This document shows positions 49,208 through 60,203 of a stretch of DNA of 64,000 nucleotides, one piece after another. A program made the position numbers and the translations under genes. This DNA comes from Treponema sp. (GTDB taxonomy: Bacteria; Spirochaetota; Spirochaetia; Treponematales; Treponemataceae): positions 43,591-107,590 of the forward strand of contig JBNMJH010000009.1 in NCBI GenBank assembly GCA_050873685.1, read 5' to 3'. The first letter of the stretch is position 1. The number at the start of each line of letters is the position of its first letter. Under the pieces are notes generated by a model that made no database searches, had not been told where the DNA came from, and was given only the letters and a program-made list of their open reading frames with translations.

Positions 49208-51949
49208 TTAATTAAAACGGATAACAGTCGCTGTAAGCGGAGCCAGTTCAACTTCAGAGCCGTTTACAGAAACTCCGGAAGGCGAGCTTATTCCATTTAC
49301 ATCAACAGAATCACTATCACAATATATTACACTACTTCTCGCAGAAACGCCAACATTTATTTTAATATTTTCATTTTTTGCGTTCACAAGGACTGCCCAA
49401 GTAGATTTTCCGTCTTTCAAAGTATATCCGAGCGTAAGATTGTCCTCCAGCTCAAGATCCTTCGCCGCTTTCTGGATTTTCTTCGCGCTTCCAATTCTGA
49501 AAATATTAAAAGACTTTCTAAGTTGAATCAAGCCTTTTGTGTATTCAAGAAGGTTTTCGTAGTCAGAATTCAAAGTCCAGACAAACTGGTTTATATTGTC
49601 AGAAGAATCGTAGCTGTTGCGGACAAAATTTCCTACGCACTCATTTTTCGCGCCGGTGATGTTCGGCTTTGTTCTTCCGCGCTCCTGGCCGCCGTGAAGG
49701 AATGAAATTCCCTGGGATGTAAGGACGAAGAAGTTTCCAAGCTTTATTCTCTGTATAATTTCCTTTATATCCTTTTTCTCGTCAAGACGAAGATTGTTTA
49801 CAATGGCATCATGCAGGGTAAGCCCGTCGTGGCACACAAGATAGTTCAGGTTGTCGCCCGGCTCGTCCGCATGGTAGTTCACAACAGGATTTCCAAGAAT
49901 ATTGCGAAGAATCCTGTCGCTGGAAGCGCCCTTCTTTGTGATAAAGCCGCGTCCGGTCTCGTTGAATCCGCCAGCCTTGAAAATGTCACGGAACTCATCA
50001 TTGAAAACGGCAACAGAATTTGTTTTCAGCATATAATTCTGGTCCATTCCGAAAGTTCCCTTCGGGCCGTTGTACATTTTCCAGCCTTCTCCCTCAAAAA
50101 GAACTGAAGGATTTATTTTTCTGCAGAGCGCATACGAATCTTCCACAGACGACGCTTCCATAAGACCCATGAGGTCGAAACGGAATCCGTCAGCCTTGTA
50201 ATTGCGAACCCAGTGCGAAGTTGAATCCATTACAAGTTTTTTCATCATGAAATGTTCTGTGGCAGTATCGTTTCCGCAGCCAGAGTTGCTTGTGTAGCTG
50301 CCATCCGGCTTTGTTCGGAAATAATAGCCCGGCACAATGTCATCAAGGAAGCGAGTTCCGGCCATGTGGTTGTAGACAACATCAAGAAGAACCCCGATTC
50401 CAGCCTTGTGACATTCATTTATAAGCTCCCGAAGCTCGCGCACACGGCAGTACGGATCAGACGCATCTGAAGCGAACCATCCTTCTGGAGTGAAATAATT
50501 ATACGGATCATAGCCCCAGTTGTAGTTGTTTCCGTTCACAGTTCCAGAATTCTCATAAGCCTTGTACTGCTCGTTCGTGCTGTAGAAATTCAGGACAGGC
50601 ATAAGCTGCACATGAGTTATTCCCAGCTCCTTCAGATAAGGAATTTTTTCAATGAAAGCCTTGTAGGTTCCAGGAATATTCTTCACATTTGCGTCCGGGC
50701 TTGAAGTAAAATCGCGGACAGAAATTTCATAGATAACGGCATCCTCGCGCTTTGCAAGCTCCACGTAAGGCGCATCAACCTTGCCTGCCTTCGGGCTTGA
50801 AAAATCAATAACCGCGGCGCGCACAAAAGCTCCCTTGCCATAGTCAACCGCCATTGAAGAGGCGTAAGGATCAAGAACAGTAACAGTTCCCTTTGAATTC
50901 TTCAATGTATAGTCATAGAACATTCCGTCCGGATCTGTTTCGCTGAACGTAGCGGACCAGACACCGGTTTTTGGATTAATCTGCATAGGAACTGAATAGT
51001 CGCTTTCTTTCTGGGAAGAGTTTCTGTAAAGATTCAGGACTGCATCAGAAGATGTAGGAGCCCACAGCTTGAACGTAGCCGCCCCGGAAGAATAAACGCA
51101 TCCCAAAGCCTCGTTTTCCGGCGGAACCATTGACTCGGCGAGCTTAACCGCAAGTTTTGTGCTGTTCACGGCAGACTCAGACAAGAATGAAGGATTTTTC
51201 ACAACAAGCGAATCGCTCACTGAAACATTCTGCTTCAATGTTAAAAGAATATTCTTCGCCATGTTCTGGGAAATATCATCAATTGAATCAGAATTCTGCA
51301 CGCTTTTTATCTCATATTCCTTTCCGTCTGAAGACACAACTGAAAACCCGGAATTTCCGCCGTCAACATCAAGAGCGAAACCGCCTGAAAGCGACACGGA
51401 AATTTGGTTCAGGGAAAGCAGCTCCGCGTTTTTCACAGAAGGCTTGTAGTCAAGAGCCGCGTAAGTCTGCTGGTCGCCTGAAAAAACAGCGACTTTCTTC
51501 GACTTGTTTATATTCCAAAGGCGGTCATCGCTTCCGTCTTTGTTCCATTCATCTTTCTGGCGCACAATAAGCCCAAGACCGCCGTTTTCCGCGCTGATTT
51601 TTGTTCCGCCGGTAGAAGAGCCGTCCAGCTTAAGGCGCATATAGCCGATTCCGTCAGAAACCGTCCAGTTCTGCGTGAACGGCCAGCTTGCTCCGCCGTC
51701 TCCACCCGGATTTGCCCAGATCCACAATGCCCACGGCGCATAGTTGCCGTCTTTTCTATAATAATAGATAACAAATTCATCGTCCTTTGGAGAAATCTTT
51801 TCATCCAGGGCAAGGACATCCTTCATTTTTGCAGGTGCTGCATTTTCAAATGAACCAGGAACAGCCGCAGGAACAACGCTTTTCGGCTTTGCAAAAAGTC
51901 CTGCGCAAACAAATAAAACCGCAGAGGCGGCAGTTAAAATCTTTTTCAT
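49208..51949 (-). CDS. type I pullulanase (GH13) with N-terminal CBM-like domains
   Basis: It has the YNWGYDP pullulanase signature, DVVYNHM, GFRFDLMG and EGW, plus a signal peptide. Confidence 0.85.
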   Translation of the reverse strand: MKKILTAASAVLFVCAGLFAKPKSVVPAAVPGSFENAAPAKMKDVLALDEKISPKDDEFVIYYYRKDGNYAPWALWIWANPGGDGGASWPFTQNWTVSDGIGYMRLKLDGSSTGGTKISAENGGLGLIVRQKDEWNKDGSDDRLWNINKSKKVAVFSGDQQTYAALDYKPSVKNAELLSLNQISVSLSGGFALDVDGGNSGFSVVSSDGKEYEIKSVQNSDSIDDISQNMAKNILLTLKQNVSVSDSLVVKNPSFLSESAVNSTKLAVKLAESMVPPENEALGCVYSSGAATFKLWAPTSSDAVLNLYRNSSQKESDYSVPMQINPKTGVWSATFSETDPDGMFYDYTLKNSKGTVTVLDPYASSMAVDYGKGAFVRAAVIDFSSPKAGKVDAPYVELAKREDAVIYEISVRDFTSSPDANVKNIPGTYKAFIEKIPYLKELGITHVQLMPVLNFYSTNEQYKAYENSGTVNGNNYNWGYDPYNYFTPEGWFASDASDPYCRVRELRELINECHKAGIGVLLDVVYNHMAGTRFLDDIVPGYYFRTKPDGSYTSNSGCGNDTATEHFMMKKLVMDSTSHWVRNYKADGFRFDLMGLMEASSVEDSYALCRKINPSVLFEGEGWKMYNGPKGTFGMDQNYMLKTNSVAVFNDEFRDIFKAGGFNETGRGFITKKGASSDRILRNILGNPVVNYHADEPGDNLNYLVCHDGLTLHDAIVNNLRLDEKKDIKEIIQRIKLGNFFVLTSQGISFLHGGQERGRTKPNITGAKNECVGNFVRNSYDSSDNINQFVWTLNSDYENLLEYTKGLIQLRKSFNIFRIGSAKKIQKAAKDLELEDNLTLGYTLKDGKSTWAVLVNAKNENIKINVGVSARSSVIYCDSDSVDVNGISSPSGVSVNGSEVELAPLTATVIRFN

Positions 51950-51985
51950 ACAGTAATAATATCATCTAAAAAAAAATAATCAAAT

Positions 51986-53761
51986 TTATTTTATAAGAGA
52001 ATTCAGTTTTTCATTCAGAGCGCGGAGGGCGGAATCATTAGGGTTCAGCGCGACAACCTGCTTCAAATAATACTGCGCTTTCCTGTAGTCGTTTTTTGCA
52101 AAATAAATTTCGTACAACCTGAACAACGCATCGCTGTTCCTTGGATTCGCAATAAGGCTTGAACGCAAGTCCGAAAGACTGAGCGCCTCGGTTTCCCGCA
52201 GAAAACTGCGCTGGAAGTACAGGAAGCTCTTCAGCTTTGAGCCGGCTGAATCAATCTGCTGGTTTATAAGGGCAAGCGCCTGGGCATTTCTTCCGGAGGC
52301 AACCATCACAGAAATATACGCCTGAACAACGCTTTCATCCGACGGCGACTGCCTGTAAGCCTGGGAAACAAGATTCCACGCCTCGTCATAACGTTTGAGC
52401 GCAAGACAAATTTCAACATGGTTAAAAAGATACCCGCGGTTGGAATTATCCTCGGAAATCAGCTTTGAGCTCACATCGTACGCTTTCTGCCATTCTTTTT
52501 CGCGGATAAATCCTTCAGTGGCATAGAACAGAGCCTCTTTTTCATCCGGGGCAACGGCAAGAACCTGGTTTGCATAGAATTCAGCAGTCTGGCCGGCAAC
52601 AGAAAGTCCTGTTGAGCTGGAAATTTTCGCCGCATAAAGAAGAACATCCTTGTCTCCGGGATAATTTTTCAGCGCGTTTTCTATTGTAGCCACAGCCGCC
52701 GCATTATTTTTTGACCATTCAAACTGAATCTGCGAGCGCAAAAGCAGATAATCTTTTGAAAAGCTGTCCTGCCTTGAATATACATCAAGAAGCGAAGCCG
52801 CGTGAATATAGTCTTTTTTCTGAATCAGAATACGGGCGCGGAACAAAACCGCCGAAAGGTCGTTCGGTTCCTGCTGAAGAACGCGGGAAATATATTCCTC
52901 CGCCTTTGAATAGTCATTTTCCAAGAAATAAATCTGCGCGCCAAGCTTAAGAACTCCTGCGTCGGACGGATATTTTTCAAGCAGAATTTTTATCTGGTTT
53001 TCCGCCTCCTGCTGTTTTCCAGAAAAATACAAAGCCTCGGCATACGCGTACAAAACCTGAAAAAGTTCCGGCGCTTTCCTGGCCGCATCCCTGAACTGCT
53101 CCGCGGCTTTTTCGTACAATGAATTTTTCTTATACAACATTCCAAGAAGATACGAAGCCAGAACCGAATCCGGGCAAAGCTGGAGCCCTTTTTTTAAGGC
53201 AGCCTCCGAATCCAGAAAAAAGGAAGAAACATCCGAAACTTTGGCAACAACAAGCGAAGGAAGAACAATTGTAAGAAAATCAACATTTCCCGTGCTTGTG
53301 TCGTAAATTCCGTTTTTTGCAGAATTTATCGCGCCAAGATAAGAATTTCCTGTGGAAACCTCAGGAGATTCCCAGTCAACGCGCTCGTTCGTCCAGACCA
53401 TCTGCATTATGTTCGACTCAATCGCGATAAGAACTTTCTCATTTTCAGTAAGCTCGGAATCCTGCTTTCTTATCGCCTGGATTGCGCGCCGCAAAGACGA
53501 AGGAGAGCCGATTTCAACATCCGCCATTATTTCCTTTGGAACTGCGGAAAAATACGTGTAGCTTCTGTTTTTCTTTTCTTCCGAAGCCTGATGGTTTATC
53601 GCGGTTTTCTCATCAGGATTTCCAGTGTACTTACCGGAGACAAGACCTCCGTTCGGACTTTGAGAAGGAACGCTTGCGCATGAAAAAAACAGCGCCGCCG
53701 CAAGAACGCTGAAAAAGAGAAAAAAAAGATAATTTACGCCGCTTATTTTTTTCAATGCCAC
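51986..53761 (-). CDS. TPR-repeat lipoprotein
   Basis: The lipobox is LFFSC, and there are multiple 34-aa A/Y/L-patterned repeats (YAEALYFSGKQQEAENQ, YFLENDYSKAEEY and others). Confidence 0.65.
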   Translation of the reverse strand: MALKKISGVNYLFFLFFSVLAAALFFSCASVPSQSPNGGLVSGKYTGNPDEKTAINHQASEEKKNRSYTYFSAVPKEIMADVEIGSPSSLRRAIQAIRKQDSELTENEKVLIAIESNIMQMVWTNERVDWESPEVSTGNSYLGAINSAKNGIYDTSTGNVDFLTIVLPSLVVAKVSDVSSFFLDSEAALKKGLQLCPDSVLASYLLGMLYKKNSLYEKAAEQFRDAARKAPELFQVLYAYAEALYFSGKQQEAENQIKILLEKYPSDAGVLKLGAQIYFLENDYSKAEEYISRVLQQEPNDLSAVLFRARILIQKKDYIHAASLLDVYSRQDSFSKDYLLLRSQIQFEWSKNNAAAVATIENALKNYPGDKDVLLYAAKISSSTGLSVAGQTAEFYANQVLAVAPDEKEALFYATEGFIREKEWQKAYDVSSKLISEDNSNRGYLFNHVEICLALKRYDEAWNLVSQAYRQSPSDESVVQAYISVMVASGRNAQALALINQQIDSAGSKLKSFLYFQRSFLRETEALSLSDLRSSLIANPRNSDALFRLYEIYFAKNDYRKAQYYLKQVVALNPNDSALRALNEKLNSLIK

Positions 53762-53778
53762 AAAAGTTGTTCCAGTTA

Positions 53779-54381
53779 TTATTCTTCACTATCGGAGAAA
53801 TTAGGTTCGTCTTTCAGTTCTTTAGACATATCTTCAGGAAGAATTTCCAGAAGCGATTTTCTATGGAAAAACAGAATGACCAGAAATGTTCCCGCAAGAA
53901 TCAAGGTCAAAGGACAGATAAGCAGGGCAAGCCGGCTCAGAGGCATTTTTATAACGTCAAACGAAAAAAGAAGAAATATCGTTCCAAGCAAAAAAAGCGA
54001 GATTGCCGGCAGGTCGTAGCTCATTGAAAAAACTTTTCCAGTTGTGCGTCCGGCAACAAAAAGACAGAACGCCGTGATTACAACAAAGAACGGCCACAGT
54101 TTTTCCAGCCCGACCGAAAAGCAGTCAAAAGCAAGCACAAGCGAAAATATTCCGTAAAGGCTTAGGCAAAGCCCTGAAAAAAGCTTGAACGAAGAACGCG
54201 AAAATGCAATGCAGCTGTACAAAATCACAAGCCCGGAAAGAAAAATCACTATAGGAATTATCCACGATACAAAATTCGGGCTTTTTCCGGCAAACGCAAG
54301 AGTCAGAAGAACTCCTGAGAAAATAAGAATCATTCCAAGTGCAAGAATTGTATTCAAAAGCTTAATGCCTGGCTTCTTCAT
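53779..54381 (-). CDS. polytopic membrane protein of unknown function
   Basis: It has five or six hydrophobic segments. I set the start at ATG 54381 (MKKPGIKLL, GGAG 6 nt upstream) rather than the TTG at 54402. Confidence 0.55.
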   Translation of the reverse strand: MKKPGIKLLNTILALGMILIFSGVLLTLAFAGKSPNFVSWIIPIVIFLSGLVILYSCIAFSRSSFKLFSGLCLSLYGIFSLVLAFDCFSVGLEKLWPFFVVITAFCLFVAGRTTGKVFSMSYDLPAISLFLLGTIFLLFSFDVIKMPLSRLALLICPLTLILAGTFLVILFFHRKSLLEILPEDMSKELKDEPNFSDSEE

Positions 54382-54476
54382 GTGGTCTCCAAATAAATTC
54401 AAATACTTTTTACATAATAGAATACACTATTAAGGCTTGTCTTGCAAACAACTAATGAACATGATAAATTCAAGCC

Positions 54477-55526
54477 ATGACGTCAAAAAAACTGATTTTT
54501 AGCGCGGTTCTTCTTTCAGCGCTGCTCATGTTCACTTCATGCGGAACAGAAGAAAACGAAAAAACTGCGGCAATAGAAAAAGCGCAGACAGAACTTTTCA
54601 ATCTTCTAGGCCAGAACGACCTTGAGCCTGTGAGCCGCTACGCAATTGTAAATCAGATTGCGGCAAACCTTGTGTCTTTAAAGGACCAGCAGGGGCTCAT
54701 CCTTTTTCTTACAAACTGGGTTGAAGAGCATCCGGATGACTCATACAACGCATACTGGCTTTATCTTACAGCATGCGCTTATCTTTCCAACGGAGCGGAG
54801 CCGGTCGCTGAATATTATTTTGACAGAATTCTTGTGAATTACCAGGACTTGCTTGTAAAAGGAGTTTCAGTCCACCTTACGTGCCTTCAGAATTTAATAC
54901 AGATTTCAACGAATCCGCGAAGCAGAATCCATTATTTCAACGAGCTTATAAACAGATTTCCTACAAACGTTTCAATCACCGAGCTGTACCTAAGGCTTGC
55001 GCTTGAATACGAAAAGGAAAGCGACTGGAACGAAGCGCTCAAAGCCTATTCAATGTTTCTTGCCCAGCCGGACTCTTCCACAATCCAGATTGCAGGTGAG
55101 CCGAACGCATACAAAAAGGCGCGGCAGCTTGTAGGATTCAGCAACTCTCCAAAGGACTGGACTTTTGAAAGCCTTCCGGCGCTTGAGCAGGCGGTAAAAA
55201 AAGCAATCAGAAACTACGACTGGCGCTCGCTCGACAAATACAGGGCGCGCGTAAATTTCTTCTCAATGTCGTGGAAGCAGGACGAAATGGATCCGAACGC
55301 GCAGGAAGAATTCAGCATGAAAAACTTCATGCGCGGAAACAGAGTCCGCTACAGCGCGCAGCTTGACGAAATGACAACTTCAAGCGAGGCTTACCTGCGC
55401 ACATGGGGCTGGTCCCAGTACGTTTCGGTATGGTACTTGTATTTCAGAAAAGTAAATTTTCCGCTCGACCCGGATATCCACGGAAACTGGGAATGGGCTG
55501 GAATTTACATCGGTGAAAAACTTTGA
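54477..55526 (+). CDS. TPR-like lipoprotein
   Basis: The lipobox is MFTSC. The stop overlaps the start of the downstream transglycosylase gene (ATGA-type overlap). Confidence 0.6.
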   Translation: MTSKKLIFSAVLLSALLMFTSCGTEENEKTAAIEKAQTELFNLLGQNDLEPVSRYAIVNQIAANLVSLKDQQGLILFLTNWVEEHPDDSYNAYWLYLTACAYLSNGAEPVAEYYFDRILVNYQDLLVKGVSVHLTCLQNLIQISTNPRSRIHYFNELINRFPTNVSITELYLRLALEYEKESDWNEALKAYSMFLAQPDSSTIQIAGEPNAYKKARQLVGFSNSPKDWTFESLPALEQAVKKAIRNYDWRSLDKYRARVNFFSMSWKQDEMDPNAQEEFSMKNFMRGNRVRYSAQLDEMTTSSEAYLRTWGWSQYVSVWYLYFRKVNFPLDPDIHGNWEWAGIYIGEKL

Positions 55527-56464
55527 TGCCGCGGAAGAAAGTTTTTTTCATCTGCGCTTTATTGCTGCTCTCATTTTCTGGCGCGGTTTTTCCGGCGGAA
55601 AGCGGAAGCAAAAAGGCGGGCGCCCCGGAAGCCGTGTACAAAAACCTTGGATTTCCAGGAATGGACAACACAGCGGTGGAGCAGCTGCGGAAAAAATATC
55701 TTACAACGCACAGAAACTACCTTTACAAAATTCTTGATGAAGGGCAGCAGTACAGAATTTTCGTGCGCAACGAGCTTGAAAAATGGAAAATGCCTGCCAT
55801 TCTGGAATATCTGCCGCTTGTTGAGTCCGACTACAATCCTTACGCAAAATCAAAATCGGGGGCGACCGGCTTGTGGCAGTTCATGCTGAACAGCATTTCG
55901 GGGCTGCTCGAATATAACGACTTCGTTGATGAGCGTCTTGACCCGTGGAAATCCACGGAGGCGGCGCTGAAGAAACTGAACGAGAACTACCGTACATTCG
56001 GAGACTGGCTTCTTGCCATAACAGCGTACAACTGCGGCGCCGGAGCGCTGAAAAAAGCCATAAAAAACGCCGGAAGCAGAGATTTCTGGTATCTGAAGGA
56101 AAAAGGATTCCTGAGCGAGCAGGCATCCGGCTATGTTCCAAAACTCCTTGCGATTGCCGATGTCGTTGAGAATTCAACTTATTACGGAACAACATTTCCG
56201 CAGGCGCGCGCATGGAACGGAACAACGCTTGAAACCCGGGCAGGAATGTTTGACTACGTTACAGTTTACGACTCGGTTTATCTGAATGCGCTTTCACACG
56301 AGCTGCGGATTGACAGGCAGGAACTGTACGACCTGAACAGCGCCCTTGTAAAGCATATGACACCGCCGAACAAAGAATACACGCTCCGTTTTCCGGAAGG
56401 AATGAAGGATTCCGCAGCATACGCTCTTAACCAGATGGGATATTTAACTAAGACATCCGGCTGA
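55523..56464 (+). CDS. lytic transglycosylase (SLT domain)
   Basis: The catalytic-Glu context is LPLVESDYNP, and GATGLWQFM and AYNCGAGA are present. Confidence 0.8.
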   Translation: MMPRKKVFFICALLLLSFSGAVFPAESGSKKAGAPEAVYKNLGFPGMDNTAVEQLRKKYLTTHRNYLYKILDEGQQYRIFVRNELEKWKMPAILEYLPLVESDYNPYAKSKSGATGLWQFMLNSISGLLEYNDFVDERLDPWKSTEAALKKLNENYRTFGDWLLAITAYNCGAGALKKAIKNAGSRDFWYLKEKGFLSEQASGYVPKLLAIADVVENSTYYGTTFPQARAWNGTTLETRAGMFDYVTVYDSVYLNALSHELRIDRQELYDLNSALVKHMTPPNKEYTLRFPEGMKDSAAYALNQMGYLTKTSG

Positions 56465-56492
56465 AACTGCCGAAACTGAACTTGGTAGCTAT

Positions 56493-57851
56493 ATGAAAAA
56501 AATATTGATTGCGGCGGCATTTTCCGCATTTCTAGGCATAACAGGCAAAATAAATTCTCTTTACGCCCAGATTGACAGCTCGGCGCTTTACTCAAAAAGC
56601 AAAGTCGACTGGACTGAAAAAAAATTCACTTCGCAGATTTATCTTGACTTGAAAAAAGCGTCGATAACACTTCCAGCAGGAAGAAATTCCGCGGAAAGCA
56701 TTATGAAAATCAAAACTCCGGCGCTTTTAAAAAATCCAGTTCTTTCCCTTTATGTGGATTCCGCAAACTACATCGGCGACGTGATTCTTGACGAAACAAT
56801 CACACTGGAACAGATAACTTCTATTGTAGAAAACGCGGACCAGACGCTCGCAATTTTTTCCGCGGACGGAAATTCCGCAAGCTCCACAAACACAATCGAC
56901 ATGAACACTTTAGGACGGCTTCTTGTACGCCACCGCTACCCATACACGCCGGAAGAGCCGATTGATATAGTTTCAAGCCGCGGATATTCAGGAATAATAA
57001 TTGATGCGCGGGGAACAGTTCCTGTGCACGGCGAATTTGTTTCAAGCGAAGTTTTTCCAGCTTTCTTTCCAACCGTCTGGGACGAAAACATGAACATCGT
57101 GTACGAAAAAAACATCGCGGACAGCCAGATTGTGCAGACTGAAGGCCTTGTTGAGTACAACTGGCAGGACAACTTTGAGCTTTACGAGAACAAAGTCGGC
57201 GGAAATCCGCTCTACATAAAAGCCTGCCGAGTTTATGGAAGAAACCGCACCGATCCGGTAATCAGAAGAAAAGACGCGCTGAAAATTCTTACAGTTGAAG
57301 AAAACAGAAATCTTCTTCGGGACGGAAAAGTTGTAATTCTTCTTGACAAGAAAAACCTGGTCTACGACGTGGAGCTTCCGGAAAAAACGCCGGACTACTA
57401 CGCAAGCTACAGGGAAATCAAAAAATATATATATGAAAACAAAGTTCCAGATGTTGATGTTTCCGACAGCCTTACCGGAATTCTTTTCAGCGTTGACTTG
57501 AAATTCATTCCTGACTCGCCGGAACTTTTGCCGCAGGAAGCGCCAAGAATCAGAAAAATTGCGGAAATGCTCCAGGAAATAATCAAGGACAACGAATTTA
57601 CAATCCTTGTTGAAGGACACACCGCGGATTTGGGCAAGCCAGTCGGACAAATGAATCTTTCTATAGAACGAACTAGAACCGTTATGAAAGCACTTGCAGC
57701 CGAAGGAATTCCTGAAAGAATTTTCACCTACAAGGGCTACGGAGCAACCCGGCCGGTCGCAACAAACTCAACCGAGGAAGGAAGAGCTCAGAACCGCCGA
57801 GTTGACATAACGGCAAGACCGAAAGCCACATACATTCAGAGAGACTGGTAG
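56493..57851 (+). CDS. OmpA-family peptidoglycan-binding protein
   Basis: The C-terminal OmpA-like domain reads ILVEGHTADLGKPVGQMNLSIERTRTV...GYGATRPVATNSTEEGRAQNRRVDI. Confidence 0.8.
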   Translation: MKKILIAAAFSAFLGITGKINSLYAQIDSSALYSKSKVDWTEKKFTSQIYLDLKKASITLPAGRNSAESIMKIKTPALLKNPVLSLYVDSANYIGDVILDETITLEQITSIVENADQTLAIFSADGNSASSTNTIDMNTLGRLLVRHRYPYTPEEPIDIVSSRGYSGIIIDARGTVPVHGEFVSSEVFPAFFPTVWDENMNIVYEKNIADSQIVQTEGLVEYNWQDNFELYENKVGGNPLYIKACRVYGRNRTDPVIRRKDALKILTVEENRNLLRDGKVVILLDKKNLVYDVELPEKTPDYYASYREIKKYIYENKVPDVDVSDSLTGILFSVDLKFIPDSPELLPQEAPRIRKIAEMLQEIIKDNEFTILVEGHTADLGKPVGQMNLSIERTRTVMKALAAEGIPERIFTYKGYGATRPVATNSTEEGRAQNRRVDITARPKATYIQRDW

Positions 57852-57874
57852 AAACGCAAGCCTCTCCGCGCGGC

Positions 57875-58465
57875 TCAGTTTTTGTAGATATTCCCGATGA
57901 TTTCAGCACACTTTTCAGCGCCGAATTTTCCGGTGTCAAGAGTAATATCATAATTGCGCGAGTCGCCCCACTTCATGTCTGTGTAAAAATGCACATACGA
58001 AGAACGGCGGCAGTCGCGGTCATTCAGTAATTTTTCCGGCTTCTTTCCAAGATCAACGCCTTCAGAAGAAAGCCGCTTTATTCGGTCCTCATACGAAGCG
58101 TGAAGAAAAACATCCAGCACATCGTTCCGTTCCTTCAGAATAAAATCCGCGCATCGCCCGATAATAATGCAAGGCTCTTTTTCCGCAAGCTCCTTGATTA
58201 TCTTTGTCTGGACTGACCAAATTTCATCTTCAAGAGACGGACCTTTGTAATACATTCCCGCCGTAAAATAGCTTTCAAACACGGATTTTTTTCCGTATTC
58301 ACCCTTCTCCGCAATATATTTTTCGCTCAAGCCGCTTTCAAGAGCGACCTTCTTGATAATTTCGCCGTCAAAAACTGGAATTCCCAGATTTTTAGAAAGC
58401 TCTTTTCCCACGGCATGACCGCCTGCGCCATACTCGCGGCTGATTGTGATTATTCTGTAGCTCAT
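57875..58465 (-). CDS. cytidylate kinase-like family protein
   Basis: ITISREYGAGGHAVGKELSKNLGIPVFD is the P-loop-like motif of the CMP-kinase-like family. GGAGG lies before the ATG at 58465. Confidence 0.7.
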   Translation of the reverse strand: MSYRIITISREYGAGGHAVGKELSKNLGIPVFDGEIIKKVALESGLSEKYIAEKGEYGKKSVFESYFTAGMYYKGPSLEDEIWSVQTKIIKELAEKEPCIIIGRCADFILKERNDVLDVFLHASYEDRIKRLSSEGVDLGKKPEKLLNDRDCRRSSYVHFYTDMKWGDSRNYDITLDTGKFGAEKCAEIIGNIYKN

Positions 58466-58530
58466 AGCAACCTCCACTTTCACATCTCTTATTATATCAC
58501 AGAAAAAAAATCAGAATAAAACTTTTTTTT

Positions 58531-60171
58531 ATGATAGAATTGATTTCCGAGGAAAAAATGGAAAAAATTCTTGCTCCTGCCGGCCTGGTAAAAACTGAAG
58601 AAAACAAAATCCGGCTGAATTCAAATCTGGATGAAACAATGTTCGGGAAAACAAAATTCTCGCTTCTGCTCGAAGAAAGCGGGATTCTTGCTGAAAAGCA
58701 GCCCGACGGAAAATGGAATAAATTTTCAGAATGGAAATTTGAAGAAATCAGAACAAAAAACGAGAAAGTCTGTTTCTGCGGAAATTTTGCAGGAAAAACG
58801 CTTCTGGATATAATTGAAAAAGAACCTGCAGAAGCCGACGAGGCGCTTCTAGCCGTATGCGAAATTTATGTGCATGCAATAGAAAACAACATAAGAATTC
58901 CGTGCAACGGAGCCGCAGGAATAATCGCAGACCTTGCGGAAGGAAAAATTCTTCTTCTTCCGGAAAAAACTTTTGACCGGGCAGCCGCGAACCTTGGCAA
59001 AGACCTGTACAATTACTTCCAGAACGACTGGCGTGATTTCATTGCCTCAGGAAATTCCGCGGCGGAATTTGCGCTCGGCACAATGGCATATTTTGCAGCC
59101 GCAAAAAAGCTTCCCTACTCGGAGGAAAACGACAAAAAAATCAGCGACCGGAATTTTATTCCTCTTGAATACGAAATAAACGGAATAAACAAAAATCTTG
59201 CCGAGGCAGTGAATTTTCTTCTGCAGGGAAAACATTTGAAAAATCCGTTTCCTCTGGGCGAGCTGAAAAAACAAGTTCTCGGGAACGAAAGCGAAAAACA
59301 TAAAATTCCTGAGCTTGAATTTGAAAAAAAAGCCGGAAAATTCACGGCATCACAAAACTCAAGGCTGAAAAGACAACGCTTCATCAGAAGAAACATCGCG
59401 GTCGCCGCGGCAGTTTTATGCGCGGGAATTTTCATTGCCATAGCCGCCTTCTCGATTGCCGGTGAAAATGCAAAAAAGCCAAGCGCAATCGGGCTTAGCT
59501 CAGCGCAGGTCGCCGAAGTTTTCTACAAGGGAATCCACACAATGGACACCGACCTTATGCTTTGCGCCGCAAAAGACTGCCCGGAAGCGCAAGGATACAT
59601 TTCAAAAGTTCCGCAAATTTACATAACAACCCAGATGAAAAGCGCATACAACTTTGACTCGGGGATTTCAACACCGGAAAACTGGTTCTTCTTTGAGCCA
59701 GACTCAACAAAAGCATACTCACACTACATTTACGGAATCACAAATTTTTCGATTGACGGAAATGCCTCCTCGCTTGAAATAAAAGTTCCCACAAAGAAAA
59801 ACCATCCTGCAAGAAAAATTTACGCGGAGGACGGAAGCCGCACAAAAATTGAAAAAATGCCGGACGCAACGCACACAGTGAAATATTTTCTTGTCCACAA
59901 TCAGGACAATCTTATCCAGGCAGAGGAATTCACAACAGCCGTAACATTAAGATTTTCAGGAAAGTCATGGACAATCACAAAGCTAGACCAGACAAGCTCT
60001 TCTGAATTCTATTCGCCGCTTCAAGTTTCACTGGACTTCAAGCAGGCGCTTTCCGAAAACGGAGGAAATGAAATCGAGGCGGTTGACGCGCTAAGAAAAA
60101 AATATCCGTGGCTTCCAACAAGAAAATCAATGGAAATAGAACAGGAACGACTGGAAAAAATCGGGTACTAG
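58531..60171 (+). CDS. hypothetical membrane-anchored protein
   Basis: The 546-aa product has a single central TM segment (IAVAAAVLCAGIFIAIAAFSIAG). I recognise no motif. Confidence 0.5.
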   Translation: MIELISEEKMEKILAPAGLVKTEENKIRLNSNLDETMFGKTKFSLLLEESGILAEKQPDGKWNKFSEWKFEEIRTKNEKVCFCGNFAGKTLLDIIEKEPAEADEALLAVCEIYVHAIENNIRIPCNGAAGIIADLAEGKILLLPEKTFDRAAANLGKDLYNYFQNDWRDFIASGNSAAEFALGTMAYFAAAKKLPYSEENDKKISDRNFIPLEYEINGINKNLAEAVNFLLQGKHLKNPFPLGELKKQVLGNESEKHKIPELEFEKKAGKFTASQNSRLKRQRFIRRNIAVAAAVLCAGIFIAIAAFSIAGENAKKPSAIGLSSAQVAEVFYKGIHTMDTDLMLCAAKDCPEAQGYISKVPQIYITTQMKSAYNFDSGISTPENWFFFEPDSTKAYSHYIYGITNFSIDGNASSLEIKVPTKKNHPARKIYAEDGSRTKIEKMPDATHTVKYFLVHNQDNLIQAEEFTTAVTLRFSGKSWTITKLDQTSSSEFYSPLQVSLDFKQALSENGGNEIEAVDALRKKYPWLPTRKSMEIEQERLEKIGY

Positions 60172-60203
60172 CCGGAATTCTGCTTCAATATAAAAACCCA
60201 TTT